A DNA stretch of 63,996 nt, counting the filler, from Choristocarpus tenellus KU-1152 (taxonomy: Eukaryota > Protista > Phaeophyceae), in the NCBI GenBank assembly GCA_964200185.2. It is 11 parts of 11 records of this genome, joined end to end, with 100 filler letters (N's around TTAATTAATTAA, not from the genome) between each part and the next. Parts side by side here need not be neighbours in the genome. Positions count along the whole stretch, not along the records: positions 33,537 to 40,128 come from CAXNAD020007798.1; positions 40,229 to 45,718 come from CAXNAD020010623.1; positions 45,819 to 53,953 come from CAXNAD020005095.1; 8 more parts are not named here. One strand, written 5' to 3'. Each line of letters starts with the position of its first letter. The stretch's first letter is position 1. A program made the translations under genes and the position numbers. Below are positions 38,694 to 51,150 of the stretch, piece after piece. The notes under the pieces are model-generated. The model made no database searches and was not told the DNA's origin. It saw only the letters and a program-made list of their open reading frames with translations.

Positions 38694-38956
38694 GACTCAA
38701 AGTATCTTAGGGTTAGGGTAGAGCCGCGTCCGTTTGGGGACCAAATCCAATGTTGCAATTTTGATGTAATTTGGCTATATTTTGTTAGGAAGTAGTGTCG
38801 ATATCCTTTTTCCGAACACATATTTTCGTAACGAATACATTCTACCTACTCAGAAACATTTCGGAGTAAAAAAATGTCATGAAATACCCTTGGGAAGCCA
38901 GGCCCCGAATAATGGACAAACAGGGCAAAATTCGTACCCTCCAATATACTTTCACT
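38694..38956 (+). mobile_element. MITE family A copy with (TTAGGG)2 in the left TIR
   Basis: gactcaaagtatcttagggttagggtagagccgcg ... tacccTccaatatactttcact; probable TSD tagt (boundary ambiguous by 1 nt). Confidence 0.9.
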
Positions 38957-39163
38957 TAGTATGAGGCGAAGAACGAGCAGAGGGCGACTGCCGTACATGA
39001 CCGTCTGGAGAAATGCAAGATGATGGAGGAGGAGGATCCCGACATCTTCTTTAAATCATGTATAGACCGAATCAAGACACAGCTTGAGTCTATAAACGAT
39101 TATGTTTCAGATTATCGAGTCAAAAGCATCATACTGCATGGCTTACTCCAGAATACAACAGAA

Positions 39164-39429
39164 GAGTCGAAGTATCTTAGAGGGTAGAGCCGCGTCCGTT
39201 TGGGGGCCAAAATCCAATGTTGTGATTTTGATGTAATTTTGACTATTATTGTGTTTGTTAGGAAGTGTCAATATCCTTGTTCCAGACACCTTTTCACGAT
39301 GTATATACATTTTATCCTACTCCAAAACATTTCGCAGTAGGAAAATGTCAATAAAAACCCGTGGGAAGCCAAGCCCCAAATGGACAAACAGGAAAAAATT
39401 CGTACCCTAAACCTAAGATACTTTAACTC
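39164..39429 (+). mobile_element. MITE family A copy with a 4-nt insertion in the right TIR
   Basis: gagtcgaagtatcttagagggta ... taccctaaacctaagatactttaactc; flanks agaa/acaa. Confidence 0.9.
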
Positions 39430-39907
39430 ACAAGGTGGGTTCTCAAATTAGGACGATTGAGAATATTACTTTGACTGGAACACTCCTCAGTTCATGGAAA
39501 CCGGCATTTGCAGTGGCAGTCTCATTATTTCCCACATTACAAAAATTAACAGCAATAAACTACTACTACAGCTGTCAGCTTCTTCAAGTACATTATGATG
39601 GACAGGGTGATTGGATTAGTAAAATTTCATTATTCACTTACATATACACCTTTGGAGGACACAGGACAATGACCCAACCATTTCATGCAAACTCCCAAAA
39701 CCCTTACATACATGGAAGTTAGGTATCATTTCGGAAATAGTTTATTAAAACAATGACTTCAAAAACTGTTCTTATCTGTGCACATCACGAATGACAAGTA
39801 GGAAAACGCGATATAGAGCAACTTCATTAGAGCTCCACAAGGCCACTGGATACGAATATCTGTAAGAACAATTAATTGGACCACACGTAACCTCAGCAAC
39901 ATGGTCG

Positions 39908-40252
39908 GGCCCAAAGTATCTGGGAGGGGGCGGCGGCTGTCCTTTTTGAGTCAAATTTTTCATGTCGCGATTTTTGGGTGATTTGGTTGCATACGTCAGA
40001 TGGATAATGTAAAAAATGCACTTTTCCTGATTTTGGTCCAAAATGGACACACTAGTGTAGACCACACCCCCCCCCCCCCCCCCCCCCCCCCCCCTCACCC
40101 CCCCCCCCCCACCCCCCCCAAGTAACACNNNNNNNNNNNNNNNNNNNNNNNNNNNNNNNNNNNNNNNNNNNNTTAATTAATTAANNNNNNNNNNNNNNNN
40201 NNNNNNNNNNNNNNNNNNNNNNNNNNNNCCCCTCCCCCAGATACTTTGGGTC
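39908..40252 (+). mobile_element. MITE family B copy running into poly-C and a gap
   Basis: ggcccaaagtatctgggagggg start; interior homologous to 17720-17895; ccccagatactttgggtc after the spacer. Confidence 0.85.
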
Positions 40253-43200
40253 TTTGCGGGCATCACCTTTTGCAATTGAGACCAGGCCAAGTGATGTGTT
40301 GTGAGTCAGACGCACGACTGGCATGCGGTAACCCTGACATGAACGGTGGATTCAAACCAGCAAAGCCGAGATTGTGTTTTCTGTTCTGACTGGTCACAAC
40401 CAATCGCATTGAAGATTGATCCACATGGCACTCCGAGGTTGTCAACATACACCCAGTATGCATGTCTCATCCTTCACTTCCTTTCTGAGCCTCATCTCTA
40501 GTGATTCTCATCACCCCACATCATACAAAACCATGCCCCATTACAAAAATACTGATTAGATAAGCAATATTATTTTCGTCACATTAGTGTTAGGGATCCC
40601 AGACTTCTTGTCCAAAAAGATGCGTACAGAAGGTAAAATACACTGAGAAAAGGCAAGGACAATAAAAAAAGAGTGGAAGGAAATGAAAAAAAGGGAAAAG
40701 GGAAGGAGGAATAGAATCCACAGGAAGAAAACATAACCCCAAAAAAACTCAAGGGGAAGAGAATAAAGAAAGTATGAACAAAGGAATGCATTAGAATCAG
40801 CCCACAAACAAACCGGCGTTCAGCAGCAGTGATGGTAGTGAGGTTGGTTGCTTGGGCAACATTAGTTGCTGCTTTGGGACACATATTAGTTATCAAAGGT
40901 TCTTTGAAATGCCATTCGACCTTGAAGTCTTATCCACACACTCATACCACTTCTATTATTGCTTAGTTACTGAGTCAAAGTAAACGAAAGGTACCCATAC
41001 TTTGTCCGTTTCGAATTTCAAGCCAGTTTTTCACTCTTCTGCAATTCACCCGCATTTCAGCAGATGGAGTGCCAGGTTTGATTTGAGAGTGTTGATTTCT
41101 CTACTGCTTGAAACTTTCGACAGAATTCAGAACATGTCCTGTGCACATTTGTTGCAAAAGTCGAATTTTGCGCATATTTGTCAGCATCCTTTAAATGCAA
41201 CACTGGGTACCCCTCATTTACTCTGACTCGCTGTTTTAGGCAACACTATCATTGAACGTTGCATTTTCCAGGGTATGCACCTGTTCACTTGTTACACCTA
41301 GCCTGGCTAACGTGTTCACCGCATCAACTCTATCTGGGCCCATATTTACACCGCACAAATATAGCTTACTACAATACCCATACCAGTCAAAATGCAGCAG
41401 TACCATTGCCTTAAGTCTAGAGTGTTGCCGTGGCATAGGAATAGCATTCAGAGTACTTTGGAATTGGTCTGCTTGGCTGTTCAGCGGTCAAGATCTGTAT
41501 GGACTAGTGAAGAAGTTTCTCTACAGAAAAGTGATCCCAGTACCAATAATGAGGTCCACGCGATCAAGTGCACCAAAGTGCGAAGGATCAAGGGCAACCT
41601 CTACTTGTTTGACAATTCTGAGCTCTCCAGTCCATCTTCTGCAGCAAACAAAGCACATTGATGATTTGCACATACACAAAACAATTTGGCAAAGCTGGTT
41701 GGTTAATGTGGTTGCGACCTCGTAACCTGTAACTGCATCTTATCACAGATTTGTTCATGTGTAAAAGCAGAAGTGACAACGTAACACTAAAATCAATACG
41801 CAAATTCGAATTCAAAGCTTGAAGTATATTGTCCTCTCTTGTAGCATCAGGCATAACAGAAGTATGGGTGATAGATAAATATTAGGGGGGAGGATATGGC
41901 GATATTATGTCAAGGAAGTAACTAGGTGAAGAGTGTATGCACTTAATTTGGTCGAGCCTACTTGATGGACTATTTGTTAGGGAATATTTTATGCACCTTG
42001 CCATTTACCAGTGACTTGGATGGCACCAGAAGACTTGCTCATAGAAACAGTGCTGAGTATCATTACTAAATACATCATTGTGGAGTAATTCAGGGTTAGG
42101 CCCCAATAGAGAAGATTCGTTTTATAAAGGTTGGGGATCAAATAGGGATTTCAACCGTGGAAAACTTGTTTCATTAGTTGGAAACAATATCAGCAGAGTA
42201 TCGGAAGTCTTCTCTCCACTACCTAACTACACACCCACACATGGCAAAAAAAACACTGGGCCAAGTCAACACACAAGATGTAGGCATGGACAACACATCG
42301 GGCACACAAATCAATCCTCCAACAGTAATAGCTACTCAGTATGACCCCTGCTGAGCCAACATTTCGAGCACACAAAAGTATACAAAGTACAAATCACATC
42401 CTGGAGGAAATTGCTTGCACGAGTGCAGATTGGGTAGTTGACATATAGGGTCCACATCCAATTAGAGCGATCAATGGAGAAAACTGATCGTATTTCACCA
42501 GTGGCAAAATTTACCCACTTCGGCAAACTTCACATCCAAAAAAGGTAACATGCTGTGCACCTGACAATAACATTGCAATCTATCTGCAAAGAACCTCTCT
42601 GTGAAGGACTCCAAAATGTTGTCAAGTATTGCCCCAAAATCTGGGAGAAAACAAGGCTAAGGAGATGGAAGTATTCAAACTTGTGAATAGACAGCAACAG
42701 CCTTAATTTATAAATTAATATATACTTACCACATATTCCCCCCAAAAGAATCAGGATGCTATATATATGAATGGTGCACATTTCCAGGCATGAACTACAG
42801 CATCTTACATGCATCATGGCTGGCTAGATTCTGATCACCCAAAAGGTTATCAGCAACACTCTGCACATCACCCATTCACTCTCTAGGCATCAAAGGGCAG
42901 ACCACTCTGAGAGAATTTTCAACAACTACAAAGGTATCCCTGGGACTGGACAAGCAGTCACCAATAGCCAAGTCTACCTCATCACAGGTGGTCACTTTTT
43001 CTCCCCCCAAAAAAACAGTCACTGTCTCCACTGACAAAACCCAGGACAGACACGTCCTTCATCAGCAGAACAAAAACAAAGAAGGGAACACATCAAGTAC
43101 TCAATGATCACCTCATCAATCAACCACTCCTAAGCAACCGTTTGAAACATCAGCTCCAACTGAGACATCTCTTTTCTGGTGTTAAATCACTTATCAATTG

Positions 43201-43299
43201 AATGACGAAGTCGAGCAGCAAGAAGTAGCAAACCTGGAGTTCTCAAGTAGAAAAAATAAAAGAACCAGCCGACTTTTAGCTTTATAGAGTGGGAGGATA

Positions 43300-43900
43300 T
43301 TATAGCTCGGAGGCAACAAATTGCGACAACAGCGCCTTTGAATTTCTGGTGACAGACTACAACCTCACCAGAGGCAAGTACATGGTGAATGCGCAGAGCG
43401 CGAATCCAGTAATTATGAAGTTTTGGTTCTCCCTCACAATCACCTGCATAATACTGTGCCTTCCATCTAGGGACCCGACACCTGAATTATACATGTACAG
43501 GGAAACAGGTATATGTGATATTTGATAGGGTATTCCATCTCCTGTGTGCCCTCGTTGGTCTCCTGTCATTCTGAAAATGATCCATACAACTCCTGGTGCT
43601 ATGACTAAACTGAGCACAATAATCAACGTGTGTTGTATCTGAGCGGCATTGTAAGGGACTTGCTACGTGCCTCAGATCCCGGACACCTGTGCGACCTTGA
43701 ACCTCATCATCGAGTACCATTGATACTCTTCATTTCCTTTCCCGTTCCCTCGATTTGATCTTCGCGTTCCACTCTTCCCCCTCCTTGAAAACCCCTGAAT
43801 TATCCTTCTTGTAATCATAATAGGTCCACGCGATCTTTGGCCGGCAAGGTGATAATAACGTCAAGAGGCAGCAGACGGATTAGGATGGGAGAGACAGAGT
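43300..43900 (-). mobile_element. Possible Copia gag-protease relic
   Basis: Minus-strand fragments RHVASPLQC (knuckle-like) followed by VWIIFRMTGD (cf. WIIDSGASxHMTGD with a deletion). Weak. Confidence 0.3.
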
Positions 43901-44806
43901 CTGTTCATGGCAAATAAAACGGTGGTTAACCTGATCATTCCAGGCAAAATCCAACGAACAGTGGAGACTTACTAAGCCCATGACATAAATAATCACGCTG
44001 CAGCAGGTAAAGGTTCGGTTCTGAAGCATATTGCTTAGCTCCAAGACAGTGCCAACAATCACAGAGGTTCACTAACCATTCCCAGAGCAGCCACAGCCCA
44101 AGCCGCTCTTGTCTCTTTACTCTTGAAGATCATGACTCTACCCTCCTCTCCTCTCCTCCTTCCCTGTTCTCTTCCTCCCTCTTCCTTTTATTCTCCCAAC
44201 AAGTTTGCCTTTTCTCTAGCCCTGGTCTGTGTGTGCTTCTTATCTGTATCAGCTTATTCCTTGATACAGAACTGGGTGAAGTGAAAAGTGAGGGAGGAGT
44301 TATAACGTAACACTCAACGCTAGCGTTACCAGAAACAAGAGTAGAAATGGATACGTAACACAATGTTTTGAGTGTGGGTGTGTGTTAATACTGAAAACGA
44401 TAGTCATCAACATGAATTTTGTGGGTTCGAGTCCCTCCAACCTCAGACGTCATTTCACACTAATCTGGTTTCCATGATACTATTCCATATTGGAAGGACA
44501 ACAAATTGTACACCCTAATCTGTCCTCTTTGTGCTATCCCACAGAAATACCAGAGATCAAGGTGGAAAAACTTCGTGGTAGGTCGAAGAAGAGAAGATTC
44601 GAGGTAGGAGACAGAAAAGCAAGGCAGGAACGGAGGAGTACAATTAGTCGTAGTGCAGTAACAGTTAGTAGTTGGTATCGGACGTATTCAATAGTAGGTG
44701 TGTAGGACCTCAAACGACGAGTCGAGATAATTTTTTACAAATATGAAACAAATACTAATTATATTAGAGCTCCATATTACATAGTATATTGTGTGTTATC
44801 CATAAT

Positions 44807-44988
44807 GGGTCAAAGTATCTGGGGGGAGAGTGTCGGCGTCCGTTTTTCACCCTTTTTTAGATTCTTAATTTTTTGGTGTGATTTGGTCGCACGTTTCGGA
44901 TTTGAAATGTCAGCAAAAAAAGGAGCTGTTTGACCGAAACGGACACCCCCTCACAAACTCCCCCCCCCCCCCCCAGATACTTTGACCC
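44807..44988. mobile_element. MITE family B complete copy (second subfamily)
   Basis: Perfect 20-bp TIR gggtcaaagtatctgggggg / ccccccagatactttgaccc; flanks aat/aat. Confidence 0.9.
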
Positions 44989-45292
44989 AATAATATATAT
45001 TATTATGCCCTCCCGTATTTTGGAGATGTGTCAGGAAAAAGTCAAACCATATCATCACAAGGACCGCTGTAAGAGTAACACTTATCGTAAATGTGAAAGA
45101 TATCTCTCTGGAATGCATTTACTATTTAAATGCTACCTATACTTACAACAGTCCCTTACAAGTTGGTAATTACAATATTACGTGTGCATTAATTGTTGCT
45201 ATGCCTCCAACCCAGCTTATATATAGGAGATATCAGGATGTTTTACTATGAGTAATGTTACAGGCGATATGTCTTGATGTTTGTGTTTAGTT

Positions 45293-45647
45293 CTGAGGGG
45301 GGAGAGTCTATGACAACACCCTATTTGAGTGCTATTGTAATTTTGCATCCATATCCATTTGTGTTGATATTTGTGAGGGGGGAGAGTCTTACTATGACAC
45401 TCCCTATTTTTCTGAGTCCTTTGTTTGTATGTTCTTTGTTTATTGGTTGAGCAAGCCTTTATATGGCAGGACCTCGCTTTTGTTTGTGACTGTGAGACAT
45501 CTTGGTGTCCAATAACTTGTGCTTATAGCTGTGAAGGGGGACAGTCTAAGCAGTACCCTATTTGAGTGCTATTATAATTTTGTGCCTGTATTTATTTTTG
45601 CTGATAGTTGTGAAGAGGGAGAGACTTGCTGAGATGCTCTCTATAGT
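45293..45647 (+). repeat. Degenerate tandem repeat with four GAGGGGGAG-like purine cores
   Basis: Units tga(g/a)gggggagagtct...ccctattt at ~45293, ~45374, ~45532 and ~45611, arranged as a duplicated ~240-bp block. Confidence 0.7.
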
Positions 45648-46919
45648 TATTTTTTATTGTAAGATGTTTGAATTTTTTTGTATATATATTCATAGTTCCT
45701 AGCAAGGGTAAGCCTTTCNNNNNNNNNNNNNNNNNNNNNNNNNNNNNNNNNNNNNNNNNNNNTTAATTAATTAANNNNNNNNNNNNNNNNNNNNNNNNNN
45801 NNNNNNNNNNNNNNNNNNACAAGTCGTGGGAACACCAGGTTCTTTAACATAGGCATTCATGGAGAAGTGCATACACTGAAACTGCAAGTTGATAGCTTCA
45901 ACACATACAATGTGCGTGCATCCTCTCTCTGCAACACTTCTTTTGGGAACGGTGGTGTCATGCCAACAACAGTTTTCGTGGTTGAGTTGTGAGAAGTGTG
46001 TTCACGATGAGGAGTGTACAACAAGAACAGTTGCTTGAACTGGGCACACACCGGGGTGTTGCTGTTAGGCAGTCTTCACATGTGCACAATTCTTCAAAAA
46101 AGCGGTTGTGCTCTAGTTGGGGTGGTCAGGGCAGCAGGTACCTCTTCAAGTACATCACATTTCCATGTGCGAGCTTGTGTCCGTTCATAGCACGTACTGG
46201 GTCATTTCCCAAAGCATCCGTGTTTGTACTCTACGTGGTCAAATGTTTGGCAAGTTGGACCCGCCTACAGAGTTCTTTGCAGGTACATCTGGCGACTCAT
46301 TAACTGAGGTTGCAGAGTTGCATCTACTGAGACAAAGATTCCCCCAAACAAAATCGAGGAGAAATAATATATACTTGATGTTATTGTTGGCCTGCACACG
46401 CAACACATGCACTGGATTAGGTCTCTCTTCCCCTGCCCTTCACTGCGACTGATAATAAATTTGCTATGATCAACCCTGGTTCAGTCGCTTCTCTTTTCCA
46501 TTCTCCCCCTCCTGCTGCAAGTAATTTCAGCAACCGTGAACACCCTGCCTGCAGGGTTGAATGGAGCACTCCAATCAATCTATAGTAGCACCTCTGGCGA
46601 TGGGTGTGACAGACATGTGTCCATCCTGTGAGTCATGGGAATTGGATTGCTGCGGTGTCTTGTGTTGAAGCCATACCAAGCCATCCTAGACTGGCATAAG
46701 GAGAAGTTTCAAGCTGAGACGCTTGGGGTTGCAGTCACTAGCTATGATGAAGCCGCCTGATGCTGCTCTGGAGTCGCTTTGTGGTACATTTTATGTGGAC
46801 CCTTCTTCTGGAACTCTGCTGATCATCTTATTGTTATACCCACTTTTTCTCAGAGGACCTGATAATGTTGACCTTGATGACGCCCTATCCCATGCATTTA
46901 TTTGGTGCTACTACATTTA

Positions 46920-47043
46920 ACAGCCGATTTCAAAAATTGAGGATGGAGCTTTTCATTGAGGATGGGCTTGACCCAAAATTGACTGGGATAAAGTGTCGAT
47001 ATGTTTTTTTATAGCTCCATCCTCAATTTTTGAAATCGGCTGG
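46920..47043. mobile_element. 124-bp MITE with perfect 30-bp TIRs and TA flanks (Tc1/mariner-type)
   Basis: cagccgatttcaaaaattgaggatggagct (46921-46950) is the exact reverse complement of 47013-47042. TA lies at 46918-46919 and 47044-47045. A related end occurs at ~60893. Confidence 0.85.
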
Positions 47044-50000
47044 TATTTGCCAATAATAGCGTTCTCTTGGTCACCCTTCTAACCTACTAGTATTATTATG
47101 GAGTTTTATCTTCTATTTTACTTTTCGTTCTTTTCATTAAATCTTTATATTATTATATTTTCTAAAGCGTTGTGTTTTTGCTTTTCCTCTGACTGGTTTC
47201 GACTGTGCCACAGATGTAAACTAACAAAAATGACAAAACTATCAATAATAACACTAATGGTGACAATAGTGGTGGAAGCGGTCAGTAGTCTTGTGATGGA
47301 CCATATTTGCTGGCTGTTGGTGTGCCTGATTGATGGAGATTTCCTGCCACCATGATCAATTTTTGCTACATTGCTCGGTCCCTCCCCCTTCCGTGGAAGC
47401 ATGCTCTGCCTTACCCTCTGACCTACCCATACTCTCCATCATCAGTTGCCCCTGCATTGATTTGCTCTTCTTATAGGGAAAGGCATTCCAATTGTTAGAT
47501 ATCTTAGTCCAGTTAATTTCTCGATTGTGTGAGCTGTTTTCTTTCATTGATCTATATGTAGTTGAGAAGTTCACAGTTGAATTTGGCCATCTCTGATTGT
47601 GTGAGTGATGCGGTGAAGTGTTGAGAGCAGGATGACCACCTTGCAACCAGGAAAAGTACCTGGGTACGAGAGGACAATCCAGGCAGATTAATTATGGAAA
47701 TTGAAATACAGCAAGGGGATGAAGTGACGTTCGATGCAGCTACTTTAAGCAAAAGGCGAATGTGTGGAGTTGAGAGCAATATATTGGGGCTGGAGGCTAC
47801 ATTTTAATACGATCGGTTGGGTTTATAGCTATTCATGGTTGAATGTTTGATTGAGCAGGTTGGAATTGTGGGTGGACAATTTGATTGTATGGAAATGTGT
47901 TGTCCATTGTCCTGGACGGTGTTTAGGGTCATTTGTTCAACGACATCTATCTGTTGTTCGCCGAACAACCGCTCAAGTTACTTTGGGCTGTGGCATCTGT
48001 TGTCCAGAACAGTGCTCGCTTGCGGTGATTACTCTGTAATGCCCTTTGTCTGGATTATACTTCGTCGTGTCTGGTGCGAAATAATATGTTGCGTTGTGTT
48101 ATGTGAGCATTGCATCTCCGAGGTGCCCTATATTGCATGCACGGGTGCATCTTCATTACGTACAACTACGTATGTGCTATCCTTGTGTTTGATCTGTTCA
48201 TCTCAGGTATGCCAAGAATCGGCCTTCTACTTCAGAGAAGGGAACATATCTATTCCAGCGCCTAAGAAACTTCCCATGATGAAGAACATGTAACCTAAAC
48301 CCCTATAAGCCTATAGGTTGGTGAGATCCAAAGAGGCCAACCCAAAATGGATAGATGCCTGACATCCGAACAGCATCAGATCAGGCTGTGCTTTAGACAA
48401 ACATCTTGAGTTCTTCCACTGGTATGTAGAGTGACTTGATCCTGCCCTTTTATGACTGCTGCATGCATGCGTGCAGCTCGCGCTGGATAGGTTGCAGAAA
48501 ACGCAACATACGGTAATTGCTCGTTTCAAAAAAAACCTCTCTACAGTACGCAACCATGTTGATAGTACTAACATAAAATATCACTTGGGATTGAAATGTT
48601 TTCAACAAAACACCTTGCAATACACCATAGTTACCGACCTTGGCATCCTATTGAGGAGTTACAAAAAGCCCTCCAGAGACACAACTATTGGTTGTGTAGA
48701 ACTGTATTGCAGTAGGAAATCCACCAGGTTGATCGACAAGCAATGCATCGGAAACTTCCAATACCGTATTTCTCAAACCTAGTACCTAGAAACAACAATA
48801 TTAACATGCAGGAGATGGAGGTTGCACAATAGACATATCTCACTGTCTCCATGAAACGTTTGGTCTACTCCATTGGTTTGACATGTCAATGTTCTTGTAG
48901 GCGCAAGAATCACAACGAAGACGGGGCATATTTCGCAATCTTGGAGGTGACCCCAGCATTGTATCGTTACGCACCTTATTGTTCTGACGAGACATTCCAA
49001 GCACTTCTATCAGAAATACAAAGCAGTATCCTGTACCTTGCAGATGCTTGTTGAATGGGATATTTGGATCAAACTTACTCCGGCAACTATTGCTTTATGG
49101 TAGTCAAGCAGAAGGAGAGTGGATCGCAGAGCACCTTCAAAGTGCGGCTTAGTTCAATTTACTTGTACACACTATGCCATGTTTAACTTGAGACAACATA
49201 CTGCAGCCACTTCACGAAACAATGAACTATTATCTCTAAACAAATCCTCTCCTCCTGTACAGATACACCTGTATGTGGTAGTATGATATTGGCACATTGG
49301 TGCAAACATGATGGTACCTTTCTACACCTCACCAGTTCCTACCTCCCAAGCCTGAAAGTCCGATAGATCACAATAATGTAGAAACGCAGATACATACACC
49401 CTACATTGCCACCATCACACTAGAAAAATGAATGGCACCATTCCGCACAACACAAACCCGAACCCTGCTATTTACTCAAGACCTTCCCCCCAACCCTAAC
49501 CCTAGAGCCCTAGTATCTGTACAAATGTCTAATGTAGTAAACAAACAGGAAACACAGTACTCTGCAATGATGGTGTTGTATGTCACACCCAAAGCACAGG
49601 AAATAAGATGTACTTAATTCCATGCTTAACACGAAACGCCTCCCAACCACACCCAGAAACATTTTGGGGGTTAGGGTTTTTTCAAGACTGCGAAGGGATA
49701 CTTGGCCCCCATGTTTGACGGGAAATGGTTACAAACCATGCCATTGCATCACAAAGAGAAAAGAAAAGAAAAACACTCACACCTCCAGCCAGGGTCTAAG
49801 CTCAAAGGTTACAGTATTAAGAACACCTCAACACAAAAATAGTACCAGTGCCATGAGAAAAGGCCATCGCCCATACTTATTGTATTGTCCTTTTGACCTT
49901 AGGTGCTCTTGAAGTAGCACAAGCAGACAGACATGATTAGTGTACTTGCAAACACCTGGGCAGTCTCAATGGCCTGTACATGTTTGGGTGGGGGACATGA

Positions 50001-50319
50001 GACACATCAATTCAACCAATTAACAGCAGTCAGCATTGGGTTCAAAGAAGGATTTTTCATTTTAAAAGCTAGGAAGGTGGGCGAGGTAGAGGCAACTAGA
50101 ATGGTATAGCCAACAGAAAGTCAAACATCCCATGGGCTTGTCTGTGGTGTAAGAAACATTGAATCAAGCTTGTATTAATATCTCACCCACAAATAGGGTT
50201 GGGGCTTGGATGAAGGAGGTATTTTCCTAGCAGAAGCAGCTACTACCAGTATTGAGATATCAGGTTGTACACTTTGGTGGGCTAAATGAACAAAACAAGC
50301 AGCCCTCCTGAACTTGGTC

Positions 50320-51150
50320 CCTTCTTGCAAGTGCAGTACAACGTAACATATGGTAGCGAATATCACGCTATGATAAAATCGACTAAAAACAGCACCATAG
50401 ATTCTAGGACGCACATGAAACACCTGAAATAAGACAACCCCCTTCCACTACTACCCCTTGTCCTCCCCCACTTCAAGTAGAATTTATTTCCTTGGCGCCA
50501 ACTATGCCTTCTCACCATTTGAGAGGCAGGCAAGAACTTGAAAGAGCCTGCAATGGAAGCATGGCATACATACACCCCTCCCACCAAGCAGCCCATTACA
50601 ACAGAGTTCTCCACCGTGTCCACACCTCCATAAACCTGGGGTTGTACATGCAGGTGAAGGGCACAAGCAATGAGGTCGAAGGATGAATGAATGAAAAAAA
50701 AACTCTTCATAGCGAAAATTGTGCAGTTGACATTCTAGGTAAGGTATTGCTTTCGCGAAAATACACTATCTCCAGTATATGCGAGCAACACAAATGTGAA
50801 CTGCACTGTCTGGTGTGAACTATCACCACACTTGTTACACCAAGATCAGTAAGAAACAGGGTGTGTCATCAATCAAAATACAATCACTAGGTACCTTCCA
50901 CGTACACATGTTAAACTATTTTGTCCCCCCCCACCTGCATACGGTCCAAAATAATTGAAGAGATCAGTCCCAGGACGACTGAGACAAAGAACGGCGTTGG
51001 GTCATCCTTCATCTTCTGGGGTATGCCCTTTTCTCCGAACACCTGCTTCTGCCATTTGGAGCCCATAAGAAGCGGAGAATACCACAATGCTCCAAACAAC
51101 TGGTAACCGCTGCTTCCGGAAATAAAACACCGACCCAGTACCACCAACAA
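50320..51150 (-). pseudogene. DUF1761-like small membrane protein gene, spliced, apparently disrupted
   Basis: The exon ending at 50935 encodes YQLFGALWYSPLLMGSKWQKQVF...FFVSVVLGLISSIILDRMQ, and GALWYSP..G..W is characteristic of DUF1761. Exon 50634-50515 encodes VYGGVDTVENSVVMGCLVGG...SFKFLPASQM. The C-terminal VLFLVDF and YHSVIFATICYVVL segments lie in different frames. Confidence 0.65.

Larger units (their letters stand above)
38570..39500 (+). mobile_element. Ty1/Copia gag (UBN2-like) relic interrupted by two family A MITEs
   Basis: After removing the MITEs it reads AFNEIHNK-YEAKNEQRATAVHDRLEKCKMMEEEDPDIFF..IDRIKTQLESINDYVSDYRVKSIILHGL.PEY, the typical Copia gag pattern. Confidence 0.7.
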
